A stretch of DNA of 64,000 nt from Somniosus microcephalus (GCA_052327205.1 CM126231.1:9982001-10046000), one strand, 5' to 3'. Shown: positions 48,705 to 60,894, counted from the first letter of the stretch. Made by a program: numbers and translations. Notes: generated by a model from the letters alone, not told the origin.

Positions 48705-49130
48705 CAACAACAACAGCAGCAACTTGCATTTATATAGCGCCTTTAATGTAGTAAAATGTCACAAGGCGCTTCACAGGAGTATTATAGGACAAAAAGAAAA
48801 AATTTGACACCGAACCACGTAAGGAGCTATTAGGACAGATGAGCAAAAGCTTGGTCAAAGAGGTAGGTTTTAAGGAGCATCTTAAAGGAGGAAAGAGAGG
48901 CGGAGAGGTTTAGGCAGGGAATTCCAGAGCTTAGGGCCGAGACACGGCCACCAAGGGTTGAGCGATTATAATCAGGGATGCTCCAGAGGGCAGAATTAGA
49001 GGAGCGCAGAGATCTCGTGGGGCTGAAGGAGATTACAGAGATAGGGAGGGGATTTGAAAACAAGGACGAGGATTTTAAAATCGAGGCGTTGCTTAACTGG
49101 GAGCCAATGTAGGTCAGCGAGCACAGGGGT
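48705..49130 (-). mobile_element. L2 3' fragment
   Basis: Family similarity; CAA-repeat tail. Confidence 0.85.
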
Positions 49131-49616
49131 GAGCACAGACGGCAGCCAGAGTCGACCAGTGGAAGGCTGGATTCAAGACTGAAGTGCCGCTGTATTGCTG
49201 TGCTGGTTTTATATGTTTTTGGAAAAGGCTTGACTTTTTATTTATTTTAGGAAGTCTCTGCAATGAGAAATATGGAAGAATGTTTAAAGAACCCAGCCCA
49301 TGATGCTTATAGATAACCAAGGAGCCAAGAAAATAGTTCAGCTCTCCACTGTAGACTATGATACATTTGGTGCCCAAAACATTGAAAATGCTGGAGATTG
49401 GGGAAAGACATTGAAGTAAATGTTGCCAGTCTCTGGGAGAAAGTATTTGTATTTTTGGTATATTATTTTAAAAAGCAGGTGAAATGATTCCACATTTTCT
49501 GTGCAATTGTGTCCAGCTTTTTGGCTTTGATGGGTGAGTTGGCTTACAGAATCCCCAAAGTTCAGAAGTCAATATTATTTAAGGTGTTAAGCAGAGGTGT
49601 TTATTTTAAAATTAGT

Positions 49617-50058
49617 TTTATGGGATGTGGGTGTCGCTGGCAAGGCCAGCATTTATTGCCCTTGAGAAGGTGGTGGTGAGCCGCCGCCTTGAACCACTGC
49701 AGTCCCGTGAGGTGAAGGTGCTCCCACAGTGCTGTGAGGGAGGGAGTTCCAGGATTTTGACCCAGCGACGATGAAGGAACGGCCGATATATTTCCAAGTC
49801 AGGATGGTGTGTGACTTGGAGGGGAACTTGGAGCTGGTGGTGTTCCCATGCGCCTGCTGCCCTTGTCCTTCTAGGTGGAAGAGGTCGCGGGTTTGGGAGG
49901 TGCTGCTGAAGAAGCCTTGGCGAGTTGCTGCAGTGCATCTTGTAGATGGTGCACACTGCAGCCAGGGGGCGCCGGTGGTGGAGGGAGTGAGTGTTTAAGG
50001 TGGTGGATGGGGTGCCAATCAAGCGGGCTGCTTTGTCCTGGAAGATGTCGAGCTTCTT
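49617..50058 (-). mobile_element. CR1/L2-group LINE 3' fragment (10240 family)
   Basis: ORF 49618-50109 similarity. Confidence 0.85.
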
Positions 50059-50490
50059 GGCCCAGTAGAAGGCTATTTGGCCCATTGTGTCAGTGTTGGC
50101 CCCCTCCACCTGAGTTATTTACCCTAATCCCATTTTCCTGCCCTTTTCCCGTACCCTTTAATGTTTTCCTGTAAGCATTTGTCAAATTCCATCTTAAATG
50201 CTCTGTGATAAAAAGCATTTTGTGAAACAACTCCTGTGCATAAATCCCATAAATCGAAGTTGTATCTGGGAGTTTGAAATGGGTTGGGTGTTCTCAGCTG
50301 ACTTTTCTAATTGTAACCCCATAGCCCACTTGGTCTCCAACACTTTTCCAGTCAAGCAACCCCCACTTTGATGGAGATTATAGAGATGAGCATTTCCCCT
50401 TGCTGACACCTGTGATGTGCACAGAAACAACAGGTGTACTGTTGCCATCGGCATTCCTGGATTCTGGAGTGGCGAAGAGTATACTTCAAT

Positions 50491-51256
50491 GGCCCAGAAA
50501 TTCGGGTCGGGGGCTTCCCGCAGGTGGAAGCCCCCGACCTGCACTTACCTTGCGCGCCGGCAGTTGAGCTGTAGGGCCCCGTGGAATTCCGCTCCGAGGC
50601 CTGGTCCAGCTGCCGGCGCGCTGTGCTTGTGTATCCCAGGGGCGCAGTTAGTGCGATGCGTCCCCTGGGATCACGTGAGCCATGGGCAACCAATCGGAGG
50701 AGGGAAAAGCCCATTCATAAGTATTGACAGGAAGACCTGTCAAGACTTATAAATACTACGGGCCCCAAAATAGCAGTAAACCTCCAAATAATTTTTTTTT
50801 TAAATCACACTTTTTAAATAAACTATAAATTACATTAAATAACTATTTTAAACAATAATTTAAATTTTTGAAAAAATAATTTTATATTCTAACGGGGCTA
50901 AAAATAAACTTACCTTGCTTTAAAGTATTTAAAAATAATAAACCTGTGGAAAAAATGTTTTCATTTTAATTAATTGACCACTTACCTTGTAAAAAGCAGG
51001 CCTTACGCCTGCTTTTTACATTTCTAAATTCTGCAGGCTTACGATCCCGGGAAAACCTGCAAAAAAAAACCTAAGTTCAAAGCGCACGCGCAGACTCTCC
51101 TGCGCGCGCGTTCGAACTCTGAACCCCTTCGTTCAGAGGATCGGAAGTGTCGATTTCCCGCGCATGCGCAGTGATTGCAGGAAACCGGCATTTCCATCGG
51201 GCCTACGGGTGAGTACCCCGTGCGTACTCACCCGTGGAGACCCGAATTTCTGGGCC
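50491..51256 (+). mobile_element. PIF/Harbinger-like MITE, GGCCCAGAAATTCG family, copy 4
   Basis: Perfect TIR; flanks AAT/ATT. Confidence 0.87.
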
Positions 51257-51259
51257 ATT

Positions 51260-51680
51260 ACAAGGTCTTTACAGCACAGAAACAGACCGTTTGGCCCAAC
51301 TGGTTTATGGCAGTGTTTATGATCCACATGAGCCTCCTCCCATCCTTTCTCATCTAACTCAATCAGCATAACCCTCTATTCCTTTCTCCCCCATGTGCTT
51401 ATCTAGCTTCCCCTTTAATGCATCTATACTATCCACCTCAACTACTCCATGTGGAGTTCCACATTCTCACCACTCTCTGGGTAAAGAAGTTTCTCCTGAA
51501 TTCCCCATTGGATTTATTGGTGACTATCTTACTTATATTTATGGCCTCTAGTTCTGGTGTGGGTCTGACCCGCAAGTAGAAACATCTTCTCTACGTCAAA
51601 CCCTTCCATGGTCTTGAAGACCTCTGTCAGGTCACGCCCCCCCACCGCCCCCCACCCCTCAGCCTTCTCTTGTCTCATCG
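51260..51680 (-). mobile_element. Old CR1 3' fragment
   Basis: Degenerate match to CR1 3' ends (TTCCACATTCTCACCACTCTCTGGGTAAAGAAG). Confidence 0.7.
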
Positions 51681-51829
51681 AGCTGTGAGTTTTAACCCAC
51701 GAGTGAGCTGGTTGTTGGTATTGGCTACCAAGCAGGCAACAGTTGGTGTTCTATACAACGTAAGACCAAATATGCGCACACAGTAACGACCATTAGGTTT
51801 GGATTGGTGATCATGCCGGTCACTTGTGT

Positions 51830-53030
51830 CTTCTTCTTAGGCAGTCCCTCGGAACCGAGGATGACTTGCTTCCACATTAAAAATGAGTTCGCAGGTGACT
51901 GATGAGCCCAATGCGGGACCTACAGTCTCTGTCACAGGTGGGGCAGACGGTGGTTGAAGAGGCGGGTGGGTGGGGTGCTTGTGTTGACGTGCACTCCTTG
52001 CGCTTGGCTTCCGCTTGCTCCCGGTGAAGAGACTCGAGTGGCTGGATTTTCATTGAGGAGACGCGTAGGAGGCGGGACTACAACTTTCGGGGTTGTAGTC
52101 CCACCTTCATCGAGTTGTAGCCAACCCACGCGATTTTCACTTGATTGACCTTGTTGAGCCCACCCAGCGGGCTCAGCAGGCCAATTAAGGGCCACCCGGC
52201 AACAGGTGACGTCACAGATTGACATTTCATCTGTCGAGACCTTTTGACAGATGAAATATCAGCATTTGACAGCTGTTTGAAGCTGTCAAACACTGACAAT
52301 CTGTACTACAAGTTAATTCCTTCCTCTCAGGATGATTTAGAGATCTCCCCGGAACAGAAAGCTGAATGCTGTAATTTTTGACAAACTTTGAATCCCACGC
52401 AGCCCCCTGGAAGTGGAGATGAGGGACTCCCGAGACCTGAAGGGAGGAAGGCTGTAAAGGTAAGTAAAACTTCTTTAAACACTTTACACACACCAAACAC
52501 ACTTACCTCTGCACTCATGCACCCATCACTCACCTGAACATCGGGCATCTCGACCCCTCCAAACCCTTCAGCCCGACGGCCCGCCTCACTAACTTGGCAT
52601 GGTTTGGAGCTGTCGGGAATCCCACCATTGAAAATAGGGATTAGGCTAAAAACTGCCTGTTAACTACCTGTTAACAGGCAGTTAATTGGCACTAATCCCC
52701 TTCCTGCCTCGGGGAGGCGGGTCCCAGTGCGGGTCGGGTACCCGCCTCCTTTGAAACTGGCATGGAGGCAGGTTGGGGGCGGGATGGGTTCGTGCCCCCT
52801 GATTTCGTGACTTTAACCCCCCACACGCCTCCAATCCCGCCTCCACGGCCCAATGAAAATCCTGTCCAAGGTGTTCGGCTCCTTCCCGGATGCTTCTCCT
52901 CCACTTTGTGCAGTCTTGGGCCAGGGATTCCCAGGTGTCGATGGGGATGTTACACTTTTTCAAGGAGGTTTTGAGGGTGTCCTTGAAGTGTTTCCTCTGC
53001 CCACCTGGGGCTCTCTTGCCGTGTCGGAGT
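51830..53030 (-). mobile_element. RTE LINE 3' fragment split by a MITE
   Basis: Matches 15920-16283; GGQRKHFKDTLK peptide. Confidence 0.85.
52039..52867. mobile_element. Harbinger-like MITE, multi-hairpin family, copy 1
   Basis: Imperfect TIR (GGATTTTCATTG/CAATGAAAATCC), flanks GAG/AAG within the RTE; homologous to 62295-63119. Confidence 0.78.
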
Positions 53031-53863
53031 CCAGCTGTTACATAGTTATGTTGGGACTGCATTGTACAAGTGTACTAACACTCAAATCAAGTGTAGCAGC
53101 ACTACGATGCTGGGAAAGTAGTGCGCAGGCGCCGCACAGGCACTTGGAAATATCACCCCGCACCATGCGGCAGGCAGCCATTACAACTCAAATAAAACAG
53201 TAGTTTATAATTACAAACTACCGAGTCCAGAGGTGTCTTTACAAAGCACTATGAGCGCTAGAAGACATAACACCAGCTGTCCCTTACTGCGCACGCACCC
53301 CCTCCCTCCTTGGTAACCGTACCTGTTTGCGCTGTTCCTTCCACTCTGTGACTGCACGAACCGCTCAAAGTTCTGCAGAGATGCACAGCGTCGGGGTAGC
53401 TGCAAAAAGTTGCAAATAATTAAAATTGGGCATCAGAGGGGAAAATTGCATCAAATAGCAGTATATAAAATGGGAAGGGGAAAAAAATGTAAATATGCAA
53501 AAAAAAGTCACAGCAGCTGTTGATGTTAGGTTGAGATAAATTGATTTATTTGCATATATCGTAGTGATATTTTGGCATTTGGGAAATTGCCAGAAACATT
53601 CAGCATTGTTTCTGCTTAAAAAATGGGTAATGCCTTTTAATTTTTTGCTGTTCTGGATTCGCATTATGCTGTAATAGCTCACCATCTGCTAGAAGCAGAA
53701 ATTGTGCTTAAAATGCAATTCTGCGTAATTCAGTGCAGTGTAATGAGCAGCTTCATTGGAAATGAAAAATAATTTGTTTCCCTTCTATGTAAACTTTGAA
53801 TCCCACGCAGCCCCCTGGAAGTGGACTGAACATACAGGGATTGGGAGAGGGTGCAGAAGATTA

Positions 53864-54230
53864 AGAACATAAGAAATAGGAGCAGGAGTCAGCCATTTGG
53901 CCCTTCGAGCTTGCTTCGCCATTCAATAACACCATGGCTGATCTTCTACCTCATCTCCACTTTCCTGTACTATCCCCATATCCCTTGATTCCCTTAATAT
54001 TCAAAAATCTATCGTTCTCTGTCTTGAATATACTCAACGACAGAGACTCCACAGCCCTCTGGGGCAGAGAATTCCAAAGATTCACCACCATATAAGTGAA
54101 GAAATTCCTCCTCATCTCAGTCCTAAATGGCCGACCCCTTATTCCGAGAATCTGACCCCTGGTTCTAGACTCTCCAGCCAGGGGGGAAACATCCTCCCTG
54201 CATCTACCCTGTCAAGCCCTGTAAGAATTA
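53864..54230 (-). mobile_element. CR1 3' fragment
   Basis: Family similarity. Confidence 0.83.
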
Positions 54231-54364
54231 TTGTAGGCTGATTGCAACAAGAAAGCACAGGGAATGATCTACAAGGAAAGATTTGAGAAGCTGTCTGGAG
54301 TCAAGGTTAAGCAAAGTGTGCAAATGTTTTAAATGGCATAGAACTTAGAACATCACTGCCAGAA

Positions 54365-54784
54365 AACAAAGACTTGCATTTCTATAGCACCTTTCACAAT
54401 CTCAGGTCCGCCCAAAGCACTTTACAGCCAATGAAGTACTTTTTGAAGTGTAGTCACTGTTGTAATGTAGGAAACATGACAGGCATTTTGCGCACAGCAA
54501 GCTCCCACAAACAGCAATGAGATAATGACCAGATAATCAGGGATAACTCTCCAGCCCTTCTTCAAAGTAGTGCCATGGGATTTTGTACCTCCACCTGGGA
54601 GAGCAGACAGGATCTTGGCTTGACGTCCCATCCTACAGATGGCACTTCCGACAGCGCCGCACTCCCTCAGTAATCACTAGAGCATCGCCGTGGATTGCTG
54701 TGCCCACGTGGCTGGGGTGTGACTTGAACCCACACCCATTCTGACTCAGAGGGGAGAGTGGTACCCACTGAGCCATGGCTGACA
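54365..54784 (-). mobile_element. Deu-domain SINE (diverged)
   Basis: Family similarity. Confidence 0.8.
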
Positions 54785-54819
54785 GCACAGCAGACAGTAG
54801 GCACTAATCACATTAATGC

Positions 54820-55742
54820 CTTCTTCTCTCTCAGGCAGTCCCTCGGAACCGAGGATGACTTGCTTCCACATTAAAAATGAGTTCTCAGGTGACTGATGAG
54901 CCCAATGCGGGACCTACAGTCTCTGTCACAGGTGGGGCAGACGGTGGTTGAAGGGGTGGGTGGGGTGGGGTGCTTGGGCTGACGTGCGCTCCTTGCGCTT
55001 GGCTTTCGCTTGCTCCGGGCGAAGAGACTCGAGGTGTTCGGCGCCTTCCCAGATGCTTCTCCTCCACTTTGTGTGGTCTTGGGCCAGGGATTCCCAGGTG
55101 TCGGTGGGGATGTTGCACTTTTTCAAGGAGGCTTTAAGGGCGTCCTTGAAACATTTCCTCTGCCCACCTGGGGCTCTCTTGCCGTCTCGGAGCTCCGAGT
55201 AGAACGCTTGTTTTGGGAGTCTCGTATCGGGCATGCAGACTGACATGAATCTTGTCAATCATGTGGCAATGACTTATGAAATGATACTGGGCGCTGTCCA
55301 GGGAGAGTATAAATACTCAGGCATGGGCCCAGCTTGCTCAGGACATTCTTTAACAGGAACTAGTGAAGGACACAACTAGATCTCCATGTTGTGAAACAGT
55401 TGATTAAAGCCTTGTTTAATACTCAGACCAAGTGCCTAGTAGTTTTCTTACATCACAGATGATGACGAAGTCCAACACCGCCTTCAGTGTGCCAGTGCAG
55501 CCTTCGGCTGCCTGAGGAAGAGAGCGTTTGAAGACCAGGACCTTTAAACTCAGCACCAAGCTCATGGTCTACAGAGCAGTAGTGATGCCCGCCCTCCTGA
55601 ATGCTTCAGGGACATGGACCATGTACAGCAGGCACCTCAAAGCACTGGAGAGGTACCACCAACGCTGCCTCCACAAGATCCTGAAAATCCATTGGCAGGA
55701 TAGGCGCACCAACATCAGTGTTCTCGCTCAGGCCAACATCCC
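54820..55742 (-). mobile_element. RTE LINE with 5' inversion
   Basis: Minus-strand 3' part 54820-55240, plus-strand upstream part 55456-55742; 12-bp TSD TCA(C/T)ATTAATGC. Confidence 0.85.
55241..55455 (+). mobile_element. ~227-bp solo LTR family, copy 3 (215 bp)
   Basis: TG...CA, flanks CAGAC/CAGAT. Confidence 0.85.
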
Positions 55743-56039
55743 TCATATTAATGCAACTATATGGAAAAGGCAGGTGTTGTATTCCTTCCATGGAGGGAAT
55801 TTGATAATTATTGATTATCTGTTGTCGCTGGCAGTGCACACACAGTCTGTTAATATATCTATTGAACTTAATTGAAATGAGAATATATTATTAATGATGG
55901 CATATTTGCCAATATATCAGTGGACTATCATTTCACCAAGTTGACAATACTATTTGAGAAAGGGTCTTTTCGAGGTTAGTCTAGCACCAATGTGCTGGGG
56001 ACTAAGCACAGATTTGTTCCTGTGCAAGAGAAAAGAAAG

Positions 56040-56497
56040 ACAGACTTGCATTTCTATAGCGCCTTTCACAACCTCAGGACGTCCCAAAGCGCTTTACAGC
56101 CAATGAAGTACTTTTGAAGTGTAGTCACTGTTGTAGTGTAGGAGACGTAAGCAGCTAGTTTGCGCACAGCAAGCTCCCACAAACAGCAATCTGATAATCT
56201 GTTTGTTTTAGTGATGTTGATTGGTGGGTAAACATTGGCCAGGACACTGGGGGTAACCCCCCTGCTCTTCTTCGAAATAGTGCCATGGGATCTTTTACAT
56301 CCACCTGAGAGGGCAGACAGGCTCCTCGGTTTAACGTCTCATCCGAAAGGCGGCACCTCCGACAGTGCGGCACTCCCTCAGCATTGCACTGGGAGTGTCA
56401 GCCTAGATTTTTGTGCTCAAGTCTCTGGAGTGGGACTGGAACCCACAGCCTCCTGGCTCAGAGGCGAGAGTGCTACCCACTGTGTCATGGCTGACAC
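56040..56497 (-). mobile_element. Deu-domain SINE
   Basis: Family similarity. Confidence 0.85.
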
Positions 56498-56883
56498 ATG
56501 AGATCTGAGTTTGGACCTTGTCCCAAAATGCTTTATAGCCAATGTAGTCATTGTTGAAATGTAATGTGCAGTTACAAAAGATACTACAGGTTCGTCACCA
56601 ATAACAGTCACTCCTGAAACAAAGACAGTGGCCCCGATATTAATACAAAGCGGGTCCTGAGCGGAGGGGCAGAATTGCGTGCGGCAATCCCGGAAGAAAA
56701 GTTAGCAAGTCGGATTCTCAATTTTAAACTTGACTGAGTGATTGATTACACTTTTCCTTCCGGGTTTCGCGTCTCCCAGCTGCGTGGCAGGTGTGATGCT
56801 CACCTGCATGCCGCAATCTCAAGTCAACTACTTGAAGGGCCAGTGCGGAGATGGAACGTGGAGGCGCTAGGAGGTGTTTTAAC

Positions 56884-58135
56884 ATGGAATCACCAAGAGC
56901 AAGGCCAGTGCCCAGATTCAAGGACGCTTCCCTTGAATTCCTGCAGTCGGGAGCAGGAGTGACGTACTAATCCTCAGCAATGGGAGGAAGAAACCTGCTG
57001 CTGTCACCAAGAAGGCGTTGTCGGAGGTGGCTGAGGAGGTGAGCAGCAGGAGCGTTGTGCCCCGGTCTTCGAATCAGCGCAGGAAGCAGTTTAATGACCA
57101 GGTCGGGAAAAGTGAGTACAGTTGCTTGTTCACCCTCACCCTGTGGTGTACAACCCCCCTCAAGCCCTCACTCTGTCTTGTCAAGCGCACTCAGTCACAT
57201 CACTCCTCACACCCTGACATGAATCAGTCATTCATGAAAGAAAGACTTATGAAATAATACTGAGCGGCCTACGGGTGACGCTGTCCAGGGAGAGTATAAA
57301 TACTCGGGCATGGGCCCAGCTTGCGCAGGACATTCTTAACAGGAACTAGTGAAGGACACAACTAGACCTCCATGTAATAAAACAGTTGATTAAAGCTTTG
57401 TTTACCGCTTAGACCAAGTGCCTAGTAGTTTTCTAATGTCACACCCACTTAAGTTTCGGCAGCACCCAGACTTCACTTTCCATGCCCTTCCTCACCTCCC
57501 CATTCACCCGTCCATCGCTGCCTCTCACCCCAACCCTTATGCAATGTGATGCACCTGTCTGATGGTCACCCTCGCCGAATGCACTGCATCCGTTGGGTGA
57601 ATGCGTGGCCTCCAGTCACTCACGGGTCAGTTCTTTCGCCCCTTGTAGGAGAAGAGTGCGCAAAACGCAACGAAGAGGACTGGAGGTGGCCCGTCAAAAA
57701 TAGTCCAGCTCACTGATGCAGAGGAGGAGGCCATGGCGATAAGTGGCACATCTGTGTCGCTCGCATTCGGAGATGGAGCGACTGGGAACTCGCGGATGCC
57801 TGGTGACAGAATTACAAATATCTCTGACACACACGCTCACTTTATTTCATCAATGACTGACTGAATTATGAGAAGCCTGAGTCTGGTGATTGTCAAGATA
57901 GATACTTTTCCACGGCTAATTCATATCCCTTTCTTTTGTCTTCCAGGGGCCGTCACGCGTAGAGCAAGAGTCTGTGGACATGCATGAGGACGATTCCTCA
58001 GGTGACCTCGTTCATTCTGAGGGTGCACTGCCACAGGACTTACTGCCAGGCACCAGCGCAAATACTCGCACTTTGGTGGGTCCAGTTAGAGAGTTCGCTG
58101 GGATTTCACCTGGTGATTCACATTTCACAAAGTGA
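56884..58135 (+). pseudogene. Harbinger Myb/SANT-like DNA-binding protein gene, frameshifted, 3 exons
   Basis: Exon 1 56884-57111 MESPRARPVPRFKDASLE../..KKALSEVAEEVSSRSVVPRSSNQRRKQFND |GTGAGT; exon 2 57649-57802 EKSAQNATKRTGGGPSKIVQLTDAEEE; exon 3 from 57947 after TTCCAG. Confidence 0.72.
57215..57441 (+). mobile_element. ~227-bp solo LTR, copy 4 (in the Harbinger intron)
   Basis: TG...CA, 5-bp TSD CACCC. Confidence 0.88.
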
Positions 58136-58271
58136 GCACGAGCAAACACTGGTGGCAAGGACAGCTTTGGAGAGTCCGTGTCAGTGGAGGGGGTTGGGGG
58201 AGGGAAGTGGGGTGCTGGTGGGCACAATCTTCTCCAAGCTCTGCTCAGCTGGACATAGATGCTGAACCCCT

Positions 58272-58455
58272 GATCTGGAATGCGCTGCCTGAAATGATGG
58301 TGGAAGCAGATTCAAAGTAACTTATACTTGAAGGGGAAAAAAATCTACAGGACAATAAGGAAAGAGCAAGGGGGGAGTGGGACTAATTGGATAGCCCCTT
58401 CAAGGTGCTAGCACAAACACAATGGGCTGAATGGACTCCTTCTGTTCTGTATGAT
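58272..58455 (+). mobile_element. Old CR1 3' tail
   Basis: TGGAATGCGCTGCCTG..ATGGGCTGAATGG..TTCTGTATGATT. Confidence 0.65.
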
Positions 58456-58734
58456 TCCCTGTATCACTGGGCTGTCCAAACTAGTGGCCATGGGCCCGAA
58501 TGAGGTCCACAATGAAGTCAGTGGAAATAAAAATGGGGAGAGGTGTCAAACAGGCTGCCCAAATGAGACAATGAGGATAATGTTGATGTTGTGCGATAGT
58601 GTCAACATTACCCTCGTTATCTCATTTGGGGAGAAAATCTAAATCAGAAAAAGAAAATGTGTTGGTTTCAGCAACAATTGATCTAAACTTTCCATGTGGC
58701 ATGTGGAGGTCCATGGTACACGCCTTAGTTTTTA

Positions 58735-59210
58735 AAAATTCGTTTATGGGATGTGGGCGTCGCTGGCAAGACCAGCATTTATTGCCCATCCCTAATTGCC
58801 CTTGAGAAGGTGGTGGTGAGCCGCCTTCTTGAACCGCTGCAGTCCCGTGTGGTGAAGGTGCTCCCACGGTGCTGTTAGGGAGGGAGTTCCAGGATTTTGA
58901 CTTGGCGACGATGAAGGAACGGCCGATATATTTCTAAGTCAGGATGGTGTGTGACTTGGAGGGGTACTTGGAGGTGGTGGTGTTCCCATGCGCCTGCTGC
59001 CCTTGTCCTTCTAGGTGGAAGAGGCCGCGGGTTTGGGAGGTGCTGCCGGAGAAGCCTTGGTGAGTTGCTGCAATGCATCTTGTAGATGGTACACACTGCA
59101 GCCACGGTACGCCGGTGGTGGAGGGAGTGAATGTTTAAGGTGGTGGATGGGGTGCCAAATCAAGCGGGCTGCTTTGTCCTGGATGGAGTCGAGCTTCTTG
59201 AGTGTTGTTG
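58735..59210 (-). mobile_element. CR1/L2-group LINE 3' fragment (10240 family)
   Basis: ORF 58875-59105 similarity. Confidence 0.85.
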
Positions 59211-60077
59211 CTCATGACCCAATAATGCATAATTCTTTGGCTAACATACAGAATGCTGGAGGTCCAGCCCTGGTTCAAAGTAAATAAGATTTATGCACAG
59301 ACGATTCTTTTGTTTTATTCATTTGCTGGCCTTTTGGTGAAGTGAGGGATTCGTAACCAGCTGTACCATTGAACTCCCCAACTTATTCACATTTCAAAGA
59401 TGACGTGCAGACAATACTGCGCGAAATCTGTGTTTTCGAGCAGGAATAGGACATCAACAAGAACAGATCGGCATTTTGGAACGTTGGAAGTGCAGAAGCC
59501 CGGAAGCGTGTCGCAAACCTCCTGTTACTTACGCTACCATAATCTGATGGATAGGAAAGGTCTTAAAACCTGAGCAGTAAAATGGAAAAGAGCTTTACTG
59601 CATTCCCAGTCGACAGCTGCAGTGGAATGGGTTTTGGGGAAATTTCAACAAGGGTTCCGTGAGCCCACAGCACAAAACCACCGTTTCGCTTTTAGCCCCT
59701 GTTTGCTGACACAATTGGTTCCCGTCCTCAAAGAAAGGTTACAGTCAGTGTGGATAACTCGTTTAGATGCCAACCATACTATTTTATTACTATTTAGGCG
59801 CTTTGCAGCCTTGCGACTCAACATTGAGTGGAACAGTTTCAGATCATAACCTCTGTCCCCATTTTTTCAGATGGCAGTTGTTGCTGATGATTCTGCTCCT
59901 CCAGGTCCATCTTTTGCTTCTTAACTTGTCCTATTACCATCTCCTTTTGCCTCGCACCATCATCCTCTTTTGTCATTTAATCTCTCCTGCCTTCCACCCC
60001 ATCACAGGCCTTCCCTTTTTGTTCCTTCCTCCCCTCGCCCCTTTCCCTGCCCCTGTGTACTTGCTTTAAACCTGTTA

Positions 60078-60402
60078 CAGGAAACTTTCGATTAACCGGC
60101 CCCTAAATAACCGGAAATGTCGGTTAACCGGCAAAATTCAGGAGTCGGTTCAGGTAACTTTTTTATTACTTGCACAGCAACAAATGGAGGAAGGCAAGGG
60201 TTTGGCTGCAGCTGTTGCTAAGCCACAGAGACGCTTGCAACTTGTGGACGCTGTTCTGAAGCTGTTGCTAAGCAACAGGGTTTGTTGCTTTATACGGAGC
60301 TCTAAGGTCCGTATCTTTTACTATAGCGTTCGGTTATCCGGAATTGTTGATGAACCGGCACCACGTCGGTCCCGTCCGTGCCGGATACCAGAAAGTTTCC
60401 TG
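60078..60402 (+). mobile_element. Tigger-like MITE
   Basis: TIR plus TA TSD. Confidence 0.88.
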
Positions 60403-60419
60403 TACATCTGATATAGTCC

Positions 60420-60456
60420 AGTTCTGACGAAAGGTCACCGACCTGAAACGTTAACT
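60420..60456 (+). ncRNA. Minimal type I hammerhead ribozyme motif
   Basis: AGTT-CTGACGA-A-AGGTC(ACC)GACCT-GAAA-CG-TT-AACT: perfect 4-bp stem I and 5-bp stem II. Confidence 0.62.
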
Positions 60457-60894
60457 CTGTTTCTCTCTCTCTCTCTCCACGGATGCGGCCTGACCTGCCG
60501 AGCATTTTCTGTCTTTATTTCAGATTTCCAGCAGCTGCAGTATTTTGCTTTTATGCTTTTTTTTTTTGCCCTGTGTACATTGAAGGCCAAAGAACCTTTC
60601 CTAATCTATCAAAAGCTCCAAGTGGCCTGCTGGCCAGTTTATGTGCAGGGCTTTTAAAGGACAATGTGTAAGCTTGAAAAGTAAAAAGCTAACGAGCCTT
60701 GCGTTTTCCTTGGACATTGTGCAGTCTACCCTATCGTGGACCCCATAGCTACCCGTTTAATCTCCTGAGCAATGCTCTACAGAAACACTCCCTGACCGCA
60801 AGAGAGATTCATCTATCCTTGCATTTCCACTCTTGAACCCTAATCTACCTTCAAGACGGCATCCCCCACCCCTGCAGGATGATTACATGTCAAA

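Larger units (their letters stand above)
56630..58270 (+). mobile_element. PIF/Harbinger transposon remnant (left end plus Myb/SANT gene)
   Basis: Starts GGCCCCGATATT after AGT, resembling the GGCCCAGAAATT MITE TIR; contains Myb/SANT-like exons; right end not found. Confidence 0.7.
59780..60552 (+). mobile_element. Penelope 3' remnant with hammerhead motif, split by a MITE
   Basis: 59795-59849 matches the end of the 18995-19918 ORF; hammerhead motif at 60420-60456. Confidence 0.78.
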
